Below, piece after piece: positions 1-14,350 of a stretch of DNA of 64,000 nt. The stretch is from Lama glama. Taxonomy: Eukaryota. Location of the stretch: the NCBI GenBank assembly GCA_028534125.1, contig CM052817.1, forward strand, positions 103,108,001 through 103,172,000, read 5' to 3'. The stretch's first letter is position 1, and each line of letters begins with the position of its first letter. The translations under genes and the position numbers were made by a program. The notes under the pieces are model-generated. The model was not told the DNA's origin. It made no database searches and saw only the letters and a program-made list of their open reading frames with translations.

Positions 1-1350
1 ATTTCAAGACTTACTATAAAGTTACAGAAATCTGTGTGGTGTTGGTGAAATTATAGATGCATAGAGCACATAGACCAGAATAGAGAGTACAGAAACAGAC
101 CCACAATAATATGGTTTTTATTAACAAATGTGCTAAGGCAGTTCAGTGAAGAAAAGATAATCTTTTCAACAAAAGGTGCTGAAATGATTGAACAACCATA
201 GGCCTCCCCCCCCAAAAGTACCTTGACTCATACCTTGTACTTTATACAAAAAATGACTCCAAATGGATCATAGACTTAAGTATGAAACCTATAAGTGTAA
301 AAATTCTAACAGAAAACATAGGAGACAATATTTGTGACTTTGAATGATGTAAAGAGTTTTTAGAATTAGCTCTTTGGTGACTTTGTGATGGAAAAGCACA
401 ATTAAAATTTGATAAACTGGACTTCATCAAAATTAAAAACTTCTTTGCAAAAGTCACTTTTAAGAAAATGAAAAAAAAAAACACGGGCATGGCAAAAAAC
501 ACTTCAAATCACACATCTGGTAAAGATATGATACATCTTTCATATATATGAAAACTCTTAAGTAATAGAAAGTAAACACTCAATTAAAAATGGCAAAAAG
601 ATTAGATCAGACTCTTCATCAAACAACACACACAGATGGCAAATAAGTGCATAAAAGATGAATCATTAGAAAAATGCAGATTAAAATTATATCACTATAC
701 ACATACTAGGGGAGCAAAAAACAATCAGATGAACAACAGAAAAAAAAAACCCAACAGTAACAGTTGCTGGAGAGACTATACACAAGTGGAGCTTCCATAT
801 ATTGCCAGTGGAAATGCAAAATGAGAGCCAGACACTTAGAAAACAGTTCAGAAGTTCCTCGTAAAGGTCAGTATACACCTGCTACATTACCTAAAACTTC
901 ATTCCACAGTGTTACACTCAAAAGAAGTGATAACTTAAGTTCCCACAAAACATTTCACAGGTGTTTTATTCACAATTTTCTCAACTGGAAGTAACACAAA
1001 TGCCCTTCAAGGGGGAATCTTATAAACATTTATGGAAATTCCATACAATGGAATTCTATGGGGCTATAAGAAGGAAGAAATTGTTACTAAATGCAGCAAC
1101 ATAGATGAACGTCAAGTGCACTACACTGAATGAAAGTAGCCAGACTCACAAGACAGCATAGATGATATCAATTTTTGGAAAAGGGAAATTTATAGGAAGA
1201 GAAAATGGGTCAGTGATTTTGAGGGGCTGGTCATAGAGGGCATTTTGGGGAGTGATGCAGCTGTCCCATATCTGGATTATTGTATGTCAAATTCATAGAA
1301 CTATACATCAAAAAGAGTACACTTAAATGTATGTAAATTAAAAAGTGTAT
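1..1350 (+). mobile_element. Old LINE-1 (L1M-type) ORF2 3' end and 3' UTR, decayed
   Basis: Degenerate L1 ORF2 C-terminal motifs (ttcaagacttactataaagttacag; gaaaacataggagacaatatttgtgac; cagatggcaaataagtgcataaaagatg) running into an A-rich end. Confidence 0.85.
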
Positions 1351-1635
1351 AAAGCAAAACAAAAAATCATTGTTCTATGAAGAGGTGATCAAAAATATCA
1401 GATAAAAATAGGAAAAAATATTGTAGACATGTGTTAGGTAATTAATAGAATTTTTTTGTGTGTATTTTTGATGTTTTTGGTGTTAATTTAAAAATTTTGT
1501 TATGTTATAGTTTCCTTTTTTTCCCCCACAAAAGGAAACTTGGATCAGCCTCTTGGCATTTAATAAGTGCTTGTTTAAAGAAGTAAGTAATGATCTACAG
1601 ATCTAACAAAATACTAACCTGTATTAGTAAGAATA

Positions 1636-1766
1636 TACTTAATACTTATACTATTATTAACACCAATACTTAAACTATTATTAATGCTTATACTATTATT
1701 AATACTAATACTACTTAAAGAATACTTATACTTATACTATTATTAATACTAATACTACTTAAAGAA
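1636..1766. repeat. AT-rich imperfect tandem repeat
   Basis: cttatactattattaatactaatactacttaaagaa occurs exactly at 1687-1722 and 1731-1766, with a degenerate third copy from ~1645. Confidence 0.85.
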
Positions 1767-2708
1767 ACCATTCTTTAAACTTTTTGAATTCTATGCATAT
1801 ATCTCAATTTAATTTTTAAATTGAGGAAAGTCTTGACACTTGCAGGGTTTCCATAAAAGGGAACAGAGAAAGTAAGAAATCATGTACTTAATTTTGCCTT
1901 TCTTTTTTTGTTGTTATTGTTCATCTCAACTCTTTCTACATATGAGAATCTAATTTAACATTCTGCAGTTGTGTTCATTTATGACTTCATTTTAACACAA
2001 AATATTTGATAATTATATTTATTACAATGATATTTCTCGTCTTGATGTCTATCTTCTCATTTCCACAGAAGCTCACCATTAATTCAGTGATCATGAGACA
2101 TCGCCACAATAATACTGCCTTCACGTGTGTGCTCTTTCTTAAAGTCAATCATTAGTTCTCTTGAATATGCAATCAAGATTTTTATAGCAAAGCTACTTGA
2201 TTAGTCATTTTCCCAAGGCTTTGTTACATTTGAAAATATCTTTCTGTTGTGCAGAGATGAATAGTAACTTGTCTATATTTAGTCAATATGGATAATAGTT
2301 TATTCACAGAAGTTTCTGAAACTGTCTCTCATTGTTTTCTGTTGTTATTTATTTCTGCACAAATATAATATGATTTTGCTGTTTGAAACATATAGAATTT
2401 TACTTTTTACTTAAATTCTGTATTTCCTTATGTGACTCTTGTCTTTGGGGTTCCTTTGATCCCCAGTTCCTCACCCTCACCCACTTCTATGGCTCTGTTG
2501 GCCCCAATTCCCTAGCCTACTGGCTCTCTTCCCCCCCACTCCCCTTCCTTTCCTACATCCTGCTCATTCCCCATCTCATGAAGATTTACCTGCCCGAGAC
2601 ATCTGCTGGGGACTTGGTGACAAATCCATGCAAATCAACTTACTCTGAAACCCTCTGTTCTCTCCCTGCCCCTGATGTAACCAAAACACAATCAATCAGG
2701 TACCTTCT

Positions 2709-3208
2709 NNNNNNNNNNNNNNNNNNNNNNNNNNNNNNNNNNNNNNNNNNNNNNNNNNNNNNNNNNNNNNNNNNNNNNNNNNNNNNNNNNNNNNNNNNNN
2801 NNNNNNNNNNNNNNNNNNNNNNNNNNNNNNNNNNNNNNNNNNNNNNNNNNNNNNNNNNNNNNNNNNNNNNNNNNNNNNNNNNNNNNNNNNNNNNNNNNNN
2901 NNNNNNNNNNNNNNNNNNNNNNNNNNNNNNNNNNNNNNNNNNNNNNNNNNNNNNNNNNNNNNNNNNNNNNNNNNNNNNNNNNNNNNNNNNNNNNNNNNNN
3001 NNNNNNNNNNNNNNNNNNNNNNNNNNNNNNNNNNNNNNNNNNNNNNNNNNNNNNNNNNNNNNNNNNNNNNNNNNNNNNNNNNNNNNNNNNNNNNNNNNNN
3101 NNNNNNNNNNNNNNNNNNNNNNNNNNNNNNNNNNNNNNNNNNNNNNNNNNNNNNNNNNNNNNNNNNNNNNNNNNNNNNNNNNNNNNNNNNNNNNNNNNNN
3201 NNNNNNNN
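2709..3208. other. Assembly gap (500 N)
   Basis: Run of N. Confidence 1.
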
Positions 3209-6200
3209 CAAGCCAAAATCCCAGGGGTTTCTCCGACCCTCTCCTTTGCTCACCGGCCATGTTCAAGTCCATTTCCCTTATGTGGCCCATGTTCTTCTCC
3301 TCATTTACCCTCCCATGCCCTCTATTTGGGCTTTCCTCATGCCTCATACATGACAATATCTTACCTTTTCCCTGCCACCAATCTTTCCTCCTCCTCTCCA
3401 TTTTCCAGCTGCCACTAGGGTGATCCTTTCAAAACAACAACAACAAAATCAATGGAACAATCTCCCTGGATAAAGTCTGAACTCTGCAGGGGAATGGCTT
3501 CCATTATTCAGTCTGTGTCTAACTCTCCAGCCCAGTTCCTCATGATTAATCTCCTCTATAGACATGCCCTACACTTAGCCGTACTGTACCCTTCTGAGAA
3601 TACTGAGACTCAGACTCGTGGCTCTTTAGAGCTTAAGTAGAAAAATATGTAATCAAGATAAAATGAATTTTACCATCATCAAAAAGTCCATCCTACCAAA
3701 CATGAATAAAGATTTTTGAGTACTTCAAATAGGCATTCAAATTCTAGTATTTTAAAGGTAAGAGTGGTCAAATCAGAGGAGGATGTTGGACAATGCTTTC
3801 CTTTATGTCATATCAATGCTAACTTCTCTGCTGTCAGTAAAAAGAAATCCAACAAATAAGCTCTCAAGTCTCCTGTCACACAGCCCTCAACATGGAAAAC
3901 GTCAGGCTCAAAAGACTGTCTCTCAGGCCTCGAGGCATTCCATGGCTGGCCCCTTTCCCCAAAATCTTCTTCACTTTCATCGTTCTCTTAACCCTATGAC
4001 CTCAAGTTGGACATCACTTCCATCAAAGAGCCTTTCCTAATTTCTTCCAATCCCACCGTATTTCTCATAGCACCACTCTTGAATGCCATTGTGATTCCTC
4101 TTAATTTTGTCTGCATGACCCTCCAAAGTCATTTAAGTCAGGCCCCCTGTCTGTTGACTAGTGAATCATGAGCACTTAGCATCATGTTTGTGCACAGTAG
4201 GTGCTTAATAATTGCTTGTCAAATAAATTAACAGGTAAAATGTTTACTGTATACTACACATTATGCTAAATACAAAAGATAGGAGTGAGGTAGACTAGAG
4301 GGGCACAAAACAAACTTAACGGCACTGTATTGACTTTAAGACGTGTACAACATACTCTGGAGAAGCAAATTAAGTGATACAGGCCAGTTCTTTCAATGTT
4401 TTCTTCCTTCATTTTTCAAATAATAAATGTCAATATCAATAATAATTTTTCAAATGCATTTTGATGCAAGCAAAGAATATCTGAAGAATTACATTAACTG
4501 ATAAAATAGAATGCAAGGTACAGTCAATAACTGTGTCTTGACAGTAAATTTAGGATCACTTACTGCCTTTAATGACTCCTAAACAGGAAGGATCGAGTTT
4601 TCCCCTTCAGCAACCATAGCCACTTTATTACCTGTGAGCAGTTCGCACTTGCCAATGCTAGTTTTATGTGAAATGGGTTTACATTGCATGAACTTGGAAA
4701 ATAACCGTTGATAATTTTTCCTGTGCTCTTCAGATTTCACTATTACACATACCCATGAATAATGTCTCTCTGTCTTGGCACATAAACTTTAAAACACGTC
4801 ATCTTGAAGCTAATCATAGATCATGCTACTGTCACAGGTTCCAGGCTGCAATTCTCAACTGCTTGATAAAACCATGGCTGGGAGTCCATCACTGGTTCAG
4901 CACATTACCAAGGCAATGTCATTGATTTCATCCACACTAAAAAGTCATCTTTGAGTCTTTTCACTTTTTAAACAGAACATTGTGACCGTTTTCCACCTTA
5001 ATCAGTTATATTTTTAATCAGGGCCTTGTTACAACATGCATGCCAGACGGTTCTAGGAAAAACAGTAGTTAGTCAGCCAGCTAATAAAGCTCCCTGGTTA
5101 ATTGCTGAGTTTGCTTCTTGCTGCAGATGTCCTGCAGGCAAGTTCATAGACAACTTACCAAGGACCACTGAGACTTGTTTTTGACCTATGTCTCTAAACA
5201 AGCTGTAGGAATTGAGGAAAGCCAGTTGTAAGGCTGTTTCGCCTGACAGCATGATTGTGTTGTGCTGGCTGTGAGCCAGGAAAGAGGAGGCTGCCATGTT
5301 TTACCAGACACGTGGCCCCATGAGATCTGTGCCTGAACTTGCACCCAGCTCATTAAGTTGACATGGCACGTTCAACATAACTGTTTAAGTTTTAAGAGTA
5401 CTAAATATAATCAACTCAAGAATAAAAGGCCAAACAACATCTGAATGTTGCTGACAAATAATATTTTCTTACTAAGCTTGTCTCTAACTTGTGAGATTGC
5501 CAGTTGCTTTTCTCTGTGCTCAGAGTTTTGAGTCAAAGCAATATATCTTTTACAGAGACATGACTAATGTGCCACAAGTTCTCCCCTGTGCTATGTATAA
5601 TGAGATAGTAAAGAAAGAAGAAATTGGGAACATTCTGAATATTTATCACACTAAAACAATCTACAAGTTTAGAATGCATATATGAAGTTTATGATAATAA
5701 TTTGAGGAAATTATTACAGAGCCTATTAGATGAACCATTGTGACAGGTAGCCTTTTGTAATTTAGATGACAAAGTTTCTCAAAAGTACCGAAATGTCACA
5801 ACCAGATCTCCTCTCACTCCTGTTCACACACATAAGATTGCCAGACTCTTGGAAAACTGTTAACCTAGAACCAAAATCCAGCTGTTCTAAAGTTAAGCAA
5901 AACACCAAACTTAAAAAAATTCTCCATCTTAAGAGATGAACTTTTACACGGAGTGCTTTTCCCTTTGGCATAAATTGCCACTGTGCAATGAAATGGCTAT
6001 CTCAACTGTCTAACTTCACAACTGGAAGTTCAGCATACTCTTTTCAGTGGCATGTCTAAAATTGCTTATCATTTGATATGTTTGTCTTTCTTCCCTTTGA
6101 CCATCAACTAAGTAAGAGTTAAGAACTTTTCTTAAACTTCTTTGTATTCTGCATGTGCGTAACAAAATTTCTTACAGACACCAAGTAACAAATGAATGCT

Positions 6201-6569
6201 GTTGATTGAAAAGACATATAACTATAATGGGTCTTTTTCAGAGCCCAAAGTTTGAAACAAGGTTTCCAGCCAGAAAGAACAGGAAATCTTTGACAATAAC
6301 AAATATCTTTACACCTTCATTTTGTATTTCAACAAAAAGATCATTTTTAAACCAAAATGATAACCAGAACTATTTCATATATTTTAACATTAGATCTCAA
6401 GACAAAACTAAGAGGATTTGAAAAGAAGCATAAAGAACCTTGCCTGTGTTACAAACACTATTAAAATCAGATCGTGAAAGTGAAAAGTTTGGACAACCAT
6501 ATTACCCAAGCAGAGATTTGTTTATGCCAAGAAAACTAGAGTATGTTCCTTAAAGATACATTCCAGGGC

Positions 6570-6597
6570 TGTGTGTGTGTGTGTGTGTGTGTGTGTG
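6570..6597. repeat. (TG)n microsatellite
   Basis: About 14 perfect TG units. Confidence 0.95.
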
Positions 6598-6699
6598 ATT
6601 AGGACTCCTGCTTTAAATGTATGCCTATGCATCATGAAGATACTGAAATCTCTATTAAACTTAAATTTAAAAGTAGCCTGCTAGTAATCAAAATTAGTA

Positions 6700-6930
6700 T
6701 TTATAGAGGGGGCACTACATGCTAGGTACTACTTTAAACCTATACATATATTAATTCAATATACAGCAGTCCTATAGCTAGGTGCCATCCATATCTTCAC
6801 TCTGTAGATAAAGAATCAGAAGTACAGGAGATAGGTATCTTGCTTGCCTAAGCTACACAGCTAATATGTGGCAGGATAAGAAGCTAACCTAGCCAGTCTG
6901 ACTACAGTTTCCCACTTAACCAGTATACTA
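6700..6930 (-). mobile_element. MIR SINE, decayed
   Basis: MIR-like core in reverse orientation (ctacatgctaggtactactttaaac...tgtagataaagaatcagaagtacagg...gcctaagctacacagctaatatgtggcagga). Confidence 0.6.
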
Positions 6931-6954
6931 AGATATTCTTTTAAAAAAACACAA

Positions 6955-9900
6955 CTGGATGGCAGAATAAGAGGACCCTGAGCTCACCTCCCCCCATGAA
7001 GACATTAAAAATACATGCGGAGTAATGCTAACTAAAAACAACCTGGAGACTGGTAGAAAGGATCTTTTAGAACCAAGGTTGTAAACATTCACACAGTCAG
7101 GCAAAGAGGGAGTAGAGGCGATCAGGTCAGGACCTGTGCTGCTGGGAGGGGACTCAGAAGAGGAGGGGGATTATATGGGTGGTGACCCTCCCTGAGGAGT
7201 GAGGGGTTTGAGCCACATATTGGGCATCCCCACCATGGGGGTCTGACACCAGGAAGAAGCGTCCCGAAGCTGGTTTGAAAACCAGTGGGTCTTAACTGAG
7301 GGGTGTAAGAAACCAAGATTCCATTTTGGGAAGAGTGTACATACATGCTTGCTTACATCCAGGAAGTGCAGAGGAAACAGACTGAAAACTAACCACCAGA
7401 GGCTTTGACTGGCTTGCTGGGACCCTCCCAACACACACCCCAGGGTGCATAAAGAACTTCTCAGACAAAAACTGAAAAAGTTTGTCAATACTAAACTGAC
7501 CTTATAAGAAGTGATAAAGGGTATTCTTTAACTGGAAAAGAAAAGTCTACAACAAGAAGAAAGAATTTATAAGAAAGGAAAAACTCACTAGAAAAGGCAA
7601 ATATATAGAAAGGTTATGGTTCAACTACTTAAATAAACTAGTACAAAAATAAAAGGACAAAAATTTATAAAATTAACTGTAACTACAATAAACAGTTAAG
7701 GGATAGATATAAAGAAGTAAAATATCTGTTTTTGATGTCATATTTTACATCTTTATGTTGATGTAAAAATGTAGATTGTTTAGCATGTGTTTAAAATTAA
7801 ATGGCTATAAGTTTAAAAACAAGTAGATCAAACTTTAGGTCAACATATATGAACTCCATGGTAACCACAAATCAAAAATCTACAATAGATACACAAAAAC
7901 GAGAGAAAAAGGAAAACAAGCATGACTAAAGAAAATCATTAAATCATAAGGAAAGAGACCAGACGAAGAAGGAAAAAACAAAGAACTACAAAAACAACCA
8001 GAAAACAAGGAACAAAATTGCAATAAGTACATACTTATCAATAATCACTTTAAATGACAATAGACTAAAACCTTCAATCAAAAGACATTGGGTGGCTAAT
8101 TGGATAAAAAACAAAACATGTCTATATGATGCCAAGAAGAGATTCACTTCAGAGTTAATGAAAACACAAACTGACAGTGACAAAATGAAAAAACATATTT
8201 TACAAAAATGAAAATGAAAAAGAACCTGGGACAGCAATACTAATATAAAGTAGAATTTAAAGCAAAATCTTTTTTAAAAGACAAAGAAAGGCATTATATA
8301 ATGCTAAAGGGATCATACAAAAAGAGGATGTAACATTTGTTAACATACATGCACTTAATATAGGAGCACCTAAATATATAAAGCAAATATTAACATACTT
8401 AAAGGAAGAAATTGACAATTCTACAATAATAGTATGGGACTTTAACACCCTACTTACATTAAGGGACAGATTATCCAGACAGAAAATCAATAAGTAAACA
8501 CCAGCCTTAAAGGACACATTAAACTAGTTGGATTTAATAGATGTCTACAGAACATTATTTCCAAAAATAGCAGAATACACATTCTGTTCAAGTTAACATT
8601 CTCCAAGATAGATCACATGCTAGGCCACAAAACACATCTCAACAAGTATAAAAGGATGGAAATCACACAAAGCATCTTTCCTAACTGTTGCAGAAAAATG
8701 TGTTACAGCTCAGTTGTGACAGCAACCTGGATCCACGTGAGAGACCAAACAGCACTCAGGCACTGGGAGAACTCAAGTTTATTATGCCAGCAGGCCCAGA
8801 GAAGTTAACACTTCAAGCTCTGGACCCCATCTGCAGGTTTACACAGGCCTTTTATAGGCTGCCAGTTTTACACTTTGCAACATCATATGCAAATAAAGTA
8901 CAACAGAAGTTGACCAACCAGGAACAAGCTATGTAGAAATAGACCAATCAAGAGTGAGCTCCATGCAAATGAAGTACTACAAATGGACCAATCAGAAGTT
9001 AGGGAAGTGGACCAATCAGAAGTGAGAGTAATAACCAATCAGGAGTGAAGGAAATAACCAATCAGAAGTGAGCTAAGGGAACCAATAGAATTCTAGGTGT
9101 AAGTTAGCCGCTTTAGAGGCAAAAAGTTAGAAAGAGCCTCTGGGCCAGGGAACCAGACAGTGCTAAGAGGAGAGAAGCGGCCCTGCCTAGGAGTCCTGCA
9201 GGTCTTTTTATGGGGTGGAGAGTAAACAACATGCTACCAAAAAAATAAATAAATAAACAGTGGAGCAATAAAGAAGTCAAACAGGATTTAGCAACTCTCA
9301 TCCATCTGTAACACCATACACATAAATAAACTCAAAATGGATTAAAGGCCTAAGTCTAAGGCCTGAAACCATGAAACTCTTAGGAGAAAACATAGGCAGG
9401 ACACACTTTGACATAAGTTGTAGCAATATTTTTTGGATCTATCTCCTCAGGCAAAGGAAACAAAATAAAAAATAAACAAATAGGACCTAATTAAACTTAA
9501 AAGCTTTCACATAGCAAAGGAAAACATCAACAAAACAAAAAGACAACATGCTGAAGAGAAGAAAATATTTGTGAATGATACAAATGATAAGGGTTAATAT
9601 GCAAAGTATATAAACAACTCATACAACATAGTCCCCCAAAAAAAGAAAAAGAAAAAGAAAAAAACAACTGATTAAAAAATGGGCAGAAGGCCTAAACAGA
9701 CATTTTTCCAGAGAAAAAAGATGCTCAACATTGCTAATCACCAGGGAAATGCAAGTCAAAACAGCAATGAGATATTATCTCATGCTGGTCAGAATGGCTA
9801 TCATCAAAAAGACCACAAATAACCAATGTTGGTGAGGATGTGGGGAAAAGGCAATCCTAGTACACTGGTGGGAATGTAAGTCATTGTAGCCACTATGGAA

Positions 9901-10125
9901 AACAGTATGGAGGGTCCTCAAAAAACTAAAAGTAGAACTACCATAAGAACCAGCAATTCCACTGCTGGGTATATATCCAAAGCAAACAAAAACACTAATT
10001 CAAACAGATATATGCACCCCTATGTTTATAGAAGCACGAATTTATTTATTTACAGTAACCAAGATATGGAAGCAAGCTAAATGTCCATCAACAGATGACT
10101 GGACAAGGAAGATGTGATATATATC
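6955..10125 (+). mobile_element. Internally deleted LINE-1: 5' UTR, ORF1 end, ORF2 endonuclease, then ORF2 3' end; interrupted by an LTR
   Basis: GC-richer 5' UTR-like start (gatggcagaataagaggaccctgagctcacc) resembling the L1 start at ~16136; endonuclease motifs (gggactttaacaccctact; agatcacatgctaggccacaaaaca); jumps to the ORF2 3' part at ~9310. Confidence 0.88.
8686..9213 (-). mobile_element. ERV LTR (U3-truncated) with a CCAAT-box array, inserted in L1
   Basis: On minus: repeated TGATTGG boxes, TATAAAA at 8856-8850, AATAAA at 8783-8778, ending in ...CA. L1 sequence resumes on both sides. Confidence 0.8.
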
Positions 10126-13100
10126 TGGTTTCTGGGAAAACTTTTTAAATTTTCTTCATTTTTAATTTACAGTGGAAAGAATATAAATCATTCAGAAAAC
10201 ATTTTCGATATTTTAAGGGCAATTCAAAACATTTTGCATGGTTTCCAGCAGCTGAGTTGTATCACATATATAAAGTAGATGATTTCTTTAAGTTTTGCTT
10301 CCAAACTGTCTATTCATTGTTCTGTGCACAATCATGAATGTAAATTCTTTCATCCCTCTTAAAGTATGTTTTTCGTTTTGTTTTATTTTTCGCAGTTTTA
10401 GTTCCATTCTTTTACTTTCGTTATCTCTCTTTTCTTTGAGGCCAATTTTTCTGGGGTTTTTTTTATTCTTATCTTTCTGTAAGAGCATTTACTCAGACTC
10501 CTGGTATTACTTACTGCCTCTTCACAATTACGATAGTTCAGGCCCTAATTCATCATTGTATTGGATGTTTTCCCAAGGGAAGATAATAAGAACCAAAATC
10601 TATGAAAATTATCAAACTTCCAATAATAAAAGAAAGACAAACATAAACACCCATGAGATTTCATTTTAATATATCTTATTCAAGCAGAGGCTTTTTTTTA
10701 TAACACCCAGTTTTGTCAAGGGTGAAAGGAAATGTGCATTCTCACATAATTATGTTTGGAAATATGTATAAGAAGCCTTAAGATGTGCTTTACTTTTGAC
10801 ACAATAACTCCATATCCAAGATTTTGACCTAAGAAATTGTCATGGATATTTTCAAAATTTTAGCTACAGGAATAACTATTTCCATGCTATTAAAGTAATG
10901 AACAATGAGAAAATGTCCAAATACAGGAGATTAAATGGTGGCATATGTATTGAATGGAATAGTACTATTTTAAATGATACTGGAGAGTAGAAAACAAAAT
11001 CAAAAATTGAAATATGTTAAATGGAAAAATACTTTTTAAAATCCATGCATGCAACTCTACTGTCAGCGAGTTGACTTAAAGGTTTGGAGGAAGAAAATGA
11101 GAAGGAAAACAGATATGAAACATGGCTGGCAAAGATGAGTAGAAGTCTCGCCAACTGCCAAGTCCAATGCTGGTTGAACGGCTCAAAATAAAGCCTAGCT
11201 CCTTTTCTGAAATAAATGATAAACTACATTCCTATAAAGTACATACTATTGAGAAAGAACTAATAAAGAATTTTTAAATGATCTTTGCTTATTGATAAGG
11301 GAAAGAGAAAATTTTAATGAGAATGCAGTTTGAATATTGTCCCATCAAGACTTTCTGAGCATGGCTGAGGTAAAGAAGTTAAATTGACCAATGATGTTGG
11401 ATCCCCCAAGGAGAGCAGAATCCTGGGATGGCGAGAGCTCTGTAAACACAGGTGACCATTCACAAGAACGCCACTAGCCAAACTCCCTAAGTGATGCATT
11501 AGCCCTGGGTGATTGATCTAGAACTTCGCAAGAGTAATTCTAAATATTTATGTATTTTTATTCAAAGGAAAGAAAAATTGCTCTCATCTACTCCCTAAAG
11601 GACATTTACACATTCTTTTTTGATAGAAAACAGGATTGGGATGGAAAGCTAATGGTACTCAAGACTGTCAAGTCATCTCACACATGTGTAAATTAAAAAT
11701 TAGAATGGGCTAAGAAGGCAAAAATTTTCACATCTGCAAGACAAAGTCGTTGCAAAAGTGTATGTGTTAAAGAGGACATTAAAGTCATGAAGAGCACACA
11801 TTTGTTGACCATAAACACAAACCACCAAATCCCAAAATACTAAAAATGAGTCAGAAAGGAGGTCATTCTGGAACAACTTTACTAAACATATGGAATTCAT
11901 TTCCCCCAATAAATTGTGAGAGACAAAATTAGAATAGTCCAAGAAGGGACTGGCTAGAGTACTCTTGTTTATGGATTTAATATACTATAAAAAAGAGGAT
12001 AGTAATGTCAGTCCAAGAAGACCATCAGAGCAGGAATCAGCCAAGCACACCTTCAAATGTGATCTTGTGTCACTGACAGTCACCAAATAGACCCTGCGCA
12101 ATGCCATTTATTGTGTTTTTACCTGCACTGACACAGTACCTGGTATATGATGGATAGTCAGTGCATATTCATTCAATGACATCAAATAAAATCTGTACAT
12201 ACCAGTACTCTCCAAACCTCATTAATCTTCAATCTGCTGTGTCATTGCTCTTAGAGAGAAGGAAACTAAAAGCCAATGCCTTACCAGAATTGCAATCTCC
12301 CAAATACTTCTTAAACTCAATAAAAACGTAAAAGTCAGACATTCTCCCTTTATAGAAACATGAAGAATGTTAAGATGGAGTCATTAAAGTATTCTTGAGT
12401 TTCTGAAGAAAAAATAGTAAAGTAATGCCAAACTATTATATTAAAAGGAAGTACATAGAAGGTATTCAATTGAGGTCACCCATTATTTACATCTGTCGTC
12501 TTAGTACAAAAACACCACTTAACAAAGAATCTCATCACGACACATCTTCTCCTCCTTCATCCAACAATCGTTTCAATGAAATTTTGTTACTTACCAGCTG
12601 CTTTTCCAAAAGACCTATGACAACTATAGCGTTGTGACTTGAGTTTTATCTTACCCTTGGAAAACAAATTTGTGAGAAAATAGCCCCCCTTTTCTCTCTA
12701 CCATCTTTTCCTGTGAAGAAGGCACCCAAGAACATCTCTTGCAAGTAGTTCAAAAGGCATGACTACCTTGTCAGGATTGCCAAAATCTATTAATGAAAAG
12801 AAGCAAACAAAATGCTATAAAATGCTCTGATATGATGGCTCTAACAGATGTACATGTAAAAAGTCTCAAGGTCTTTCCCTTCTACTCACACCAGGAATCT
12901 TTCCGGCCCTCCCCTGAACCATAAGGAATATGCCATGTATTTTATCAGATTTTGTCACTGGCCTTCTGGAACCCACTATTGCAGCTGCAGAGGATAACAA
13001 GAATCAAGGTCTTCTCAAAGTCCCTTCCTATCGCTTCCCGTATTAATCAAAGATGAGTCTGGAAAAAAAGTGTATCCTAGAAGTCCAAACCTGCTGTCCC

Positions 13101-13284
13101 TGCAACATCCTTGTCACTACTGAGAAACGGAGTCAGTCTAAATCCTCAGACCTAAACTCCATACAAGGGTCAAAACTAACAAGTCAAAGCAGAACTTCCA
13201 CTTCCTAGAACAATGACTAAGGGTAGGAAGGTAAGAGGCATGAAAAGAGGATGGAGAAGATATTTTCTCCCAATGATTCCCATA

Positions 13285-14350
13285 GATAGTATTTTTTTTC
13301 TTTTGAAAAAATTCAAATCCACACAAAAATGAAAGAACAGTACAATGCACATTGTTATATCCCTTCTCTCTATACACCAACTGTCAATCATCTCGTTACA
13401 CCTACTTCATCTCTATTTAGGGACCTACAAATACCTTCTTCTGCCAAGCCATCCAAAAGTAGTTTGTGAACAAGACAACTCACCCCTAAATACTTCAGCA
13501 CACATCCCCACAAACAAGGACATTTTCCCAACACTATTACCTGGCCTTAAAAATGAGTTAATAGCAACATTCAACCTCTAAGCCGTACTCAAACTGTGCC
13601 ACTTGTCCTAAAATGCCCTTAATAGCTTTCTTTTAAATTCAAGATCTAACCAAATTCACATTACACTTGGATGTCACATCTCTTTAATCTTCCATCATCT
13701 CCCGTTGATCTTTATGACACTGAATCTTTTGATGAATCCAGGCCAATTGTTCTACAAAATGTTCTACCTTCTGAATTTGTTTGATGGTCTCTACAGCAGG
13801 TTTAGATAAAATATTTCCAGCAAGAATCCCACGAAGGTGATGCTTTATACTTCCCCGCTGCATCACATCAGAAAGAACCTAATGTCCGGCTACGCCATTG
13901 CTAGCGGCAGTACCAAACTCGACCATTTTGTTCAGTGTTTGCTGCCAGATCTCTCCACTGTAAAGGCGTATTTTGTCCCATTGGGATTAACAAGTCATAT
14001 GTGGTGGAATGCTTTGAAACCATGTCGATACTCTGTCTTTCAATAACCTGGCATCCAATAGTTTTGGCATTCAGAGATGTTCCACACTTTATTGTTACAC
14101 TGGGAAGTTTATAAAGCAGAAAATTTTTAATTCTGTCATTTCTTCTGCATTTATTAGCTGGCACTCTGATTTTAAAAAGAGCTTTTATTTTATCTCTTTA
14201 TCCATTGTTTTCTCTCTTTCTTTCTAGTATTATCATGAAATCAAGGAATTTTTATATTGGCTGTGCTTCTTTATCATTGAAGCTCAAATTGTCCTGAATT
14301 TGGTTCATTGGATCCCTTTCTAGTCAGTTCATGAGGTTTTTTGTGGTTTT
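13285..14350 (-). mobile_element. Ancient L1 (L1ME/L1MC-like) 3' region, reverse orientation
   Basis: T-rich start followed by reverse L1M 3'-terminal motif (ttttgaaaaaattcaaatccacacaaaaatgaaagaacagtacaatg); heavily decayed. Confidence 0.6.

Noticed and set aside
2383..3423. Long ORFs (346, 253 aa and others) here and at 34400-35125 and 60541-61469
   Set aside because: They are long only because they read through N runs.
4896..4916. REST/RE1 site (ttcagcac...) near a neuroendocrine gene
   Set aside because: Only the left half-site matches; the GGACAG half is absent.
8913..9090. Regularly spaced repeats resembling a CRISPR array
   Set aside because: Eukaryotic LTR context; repeats are ~7-12 nt CCAAT boxes with related spacers, and there are no cas genes.
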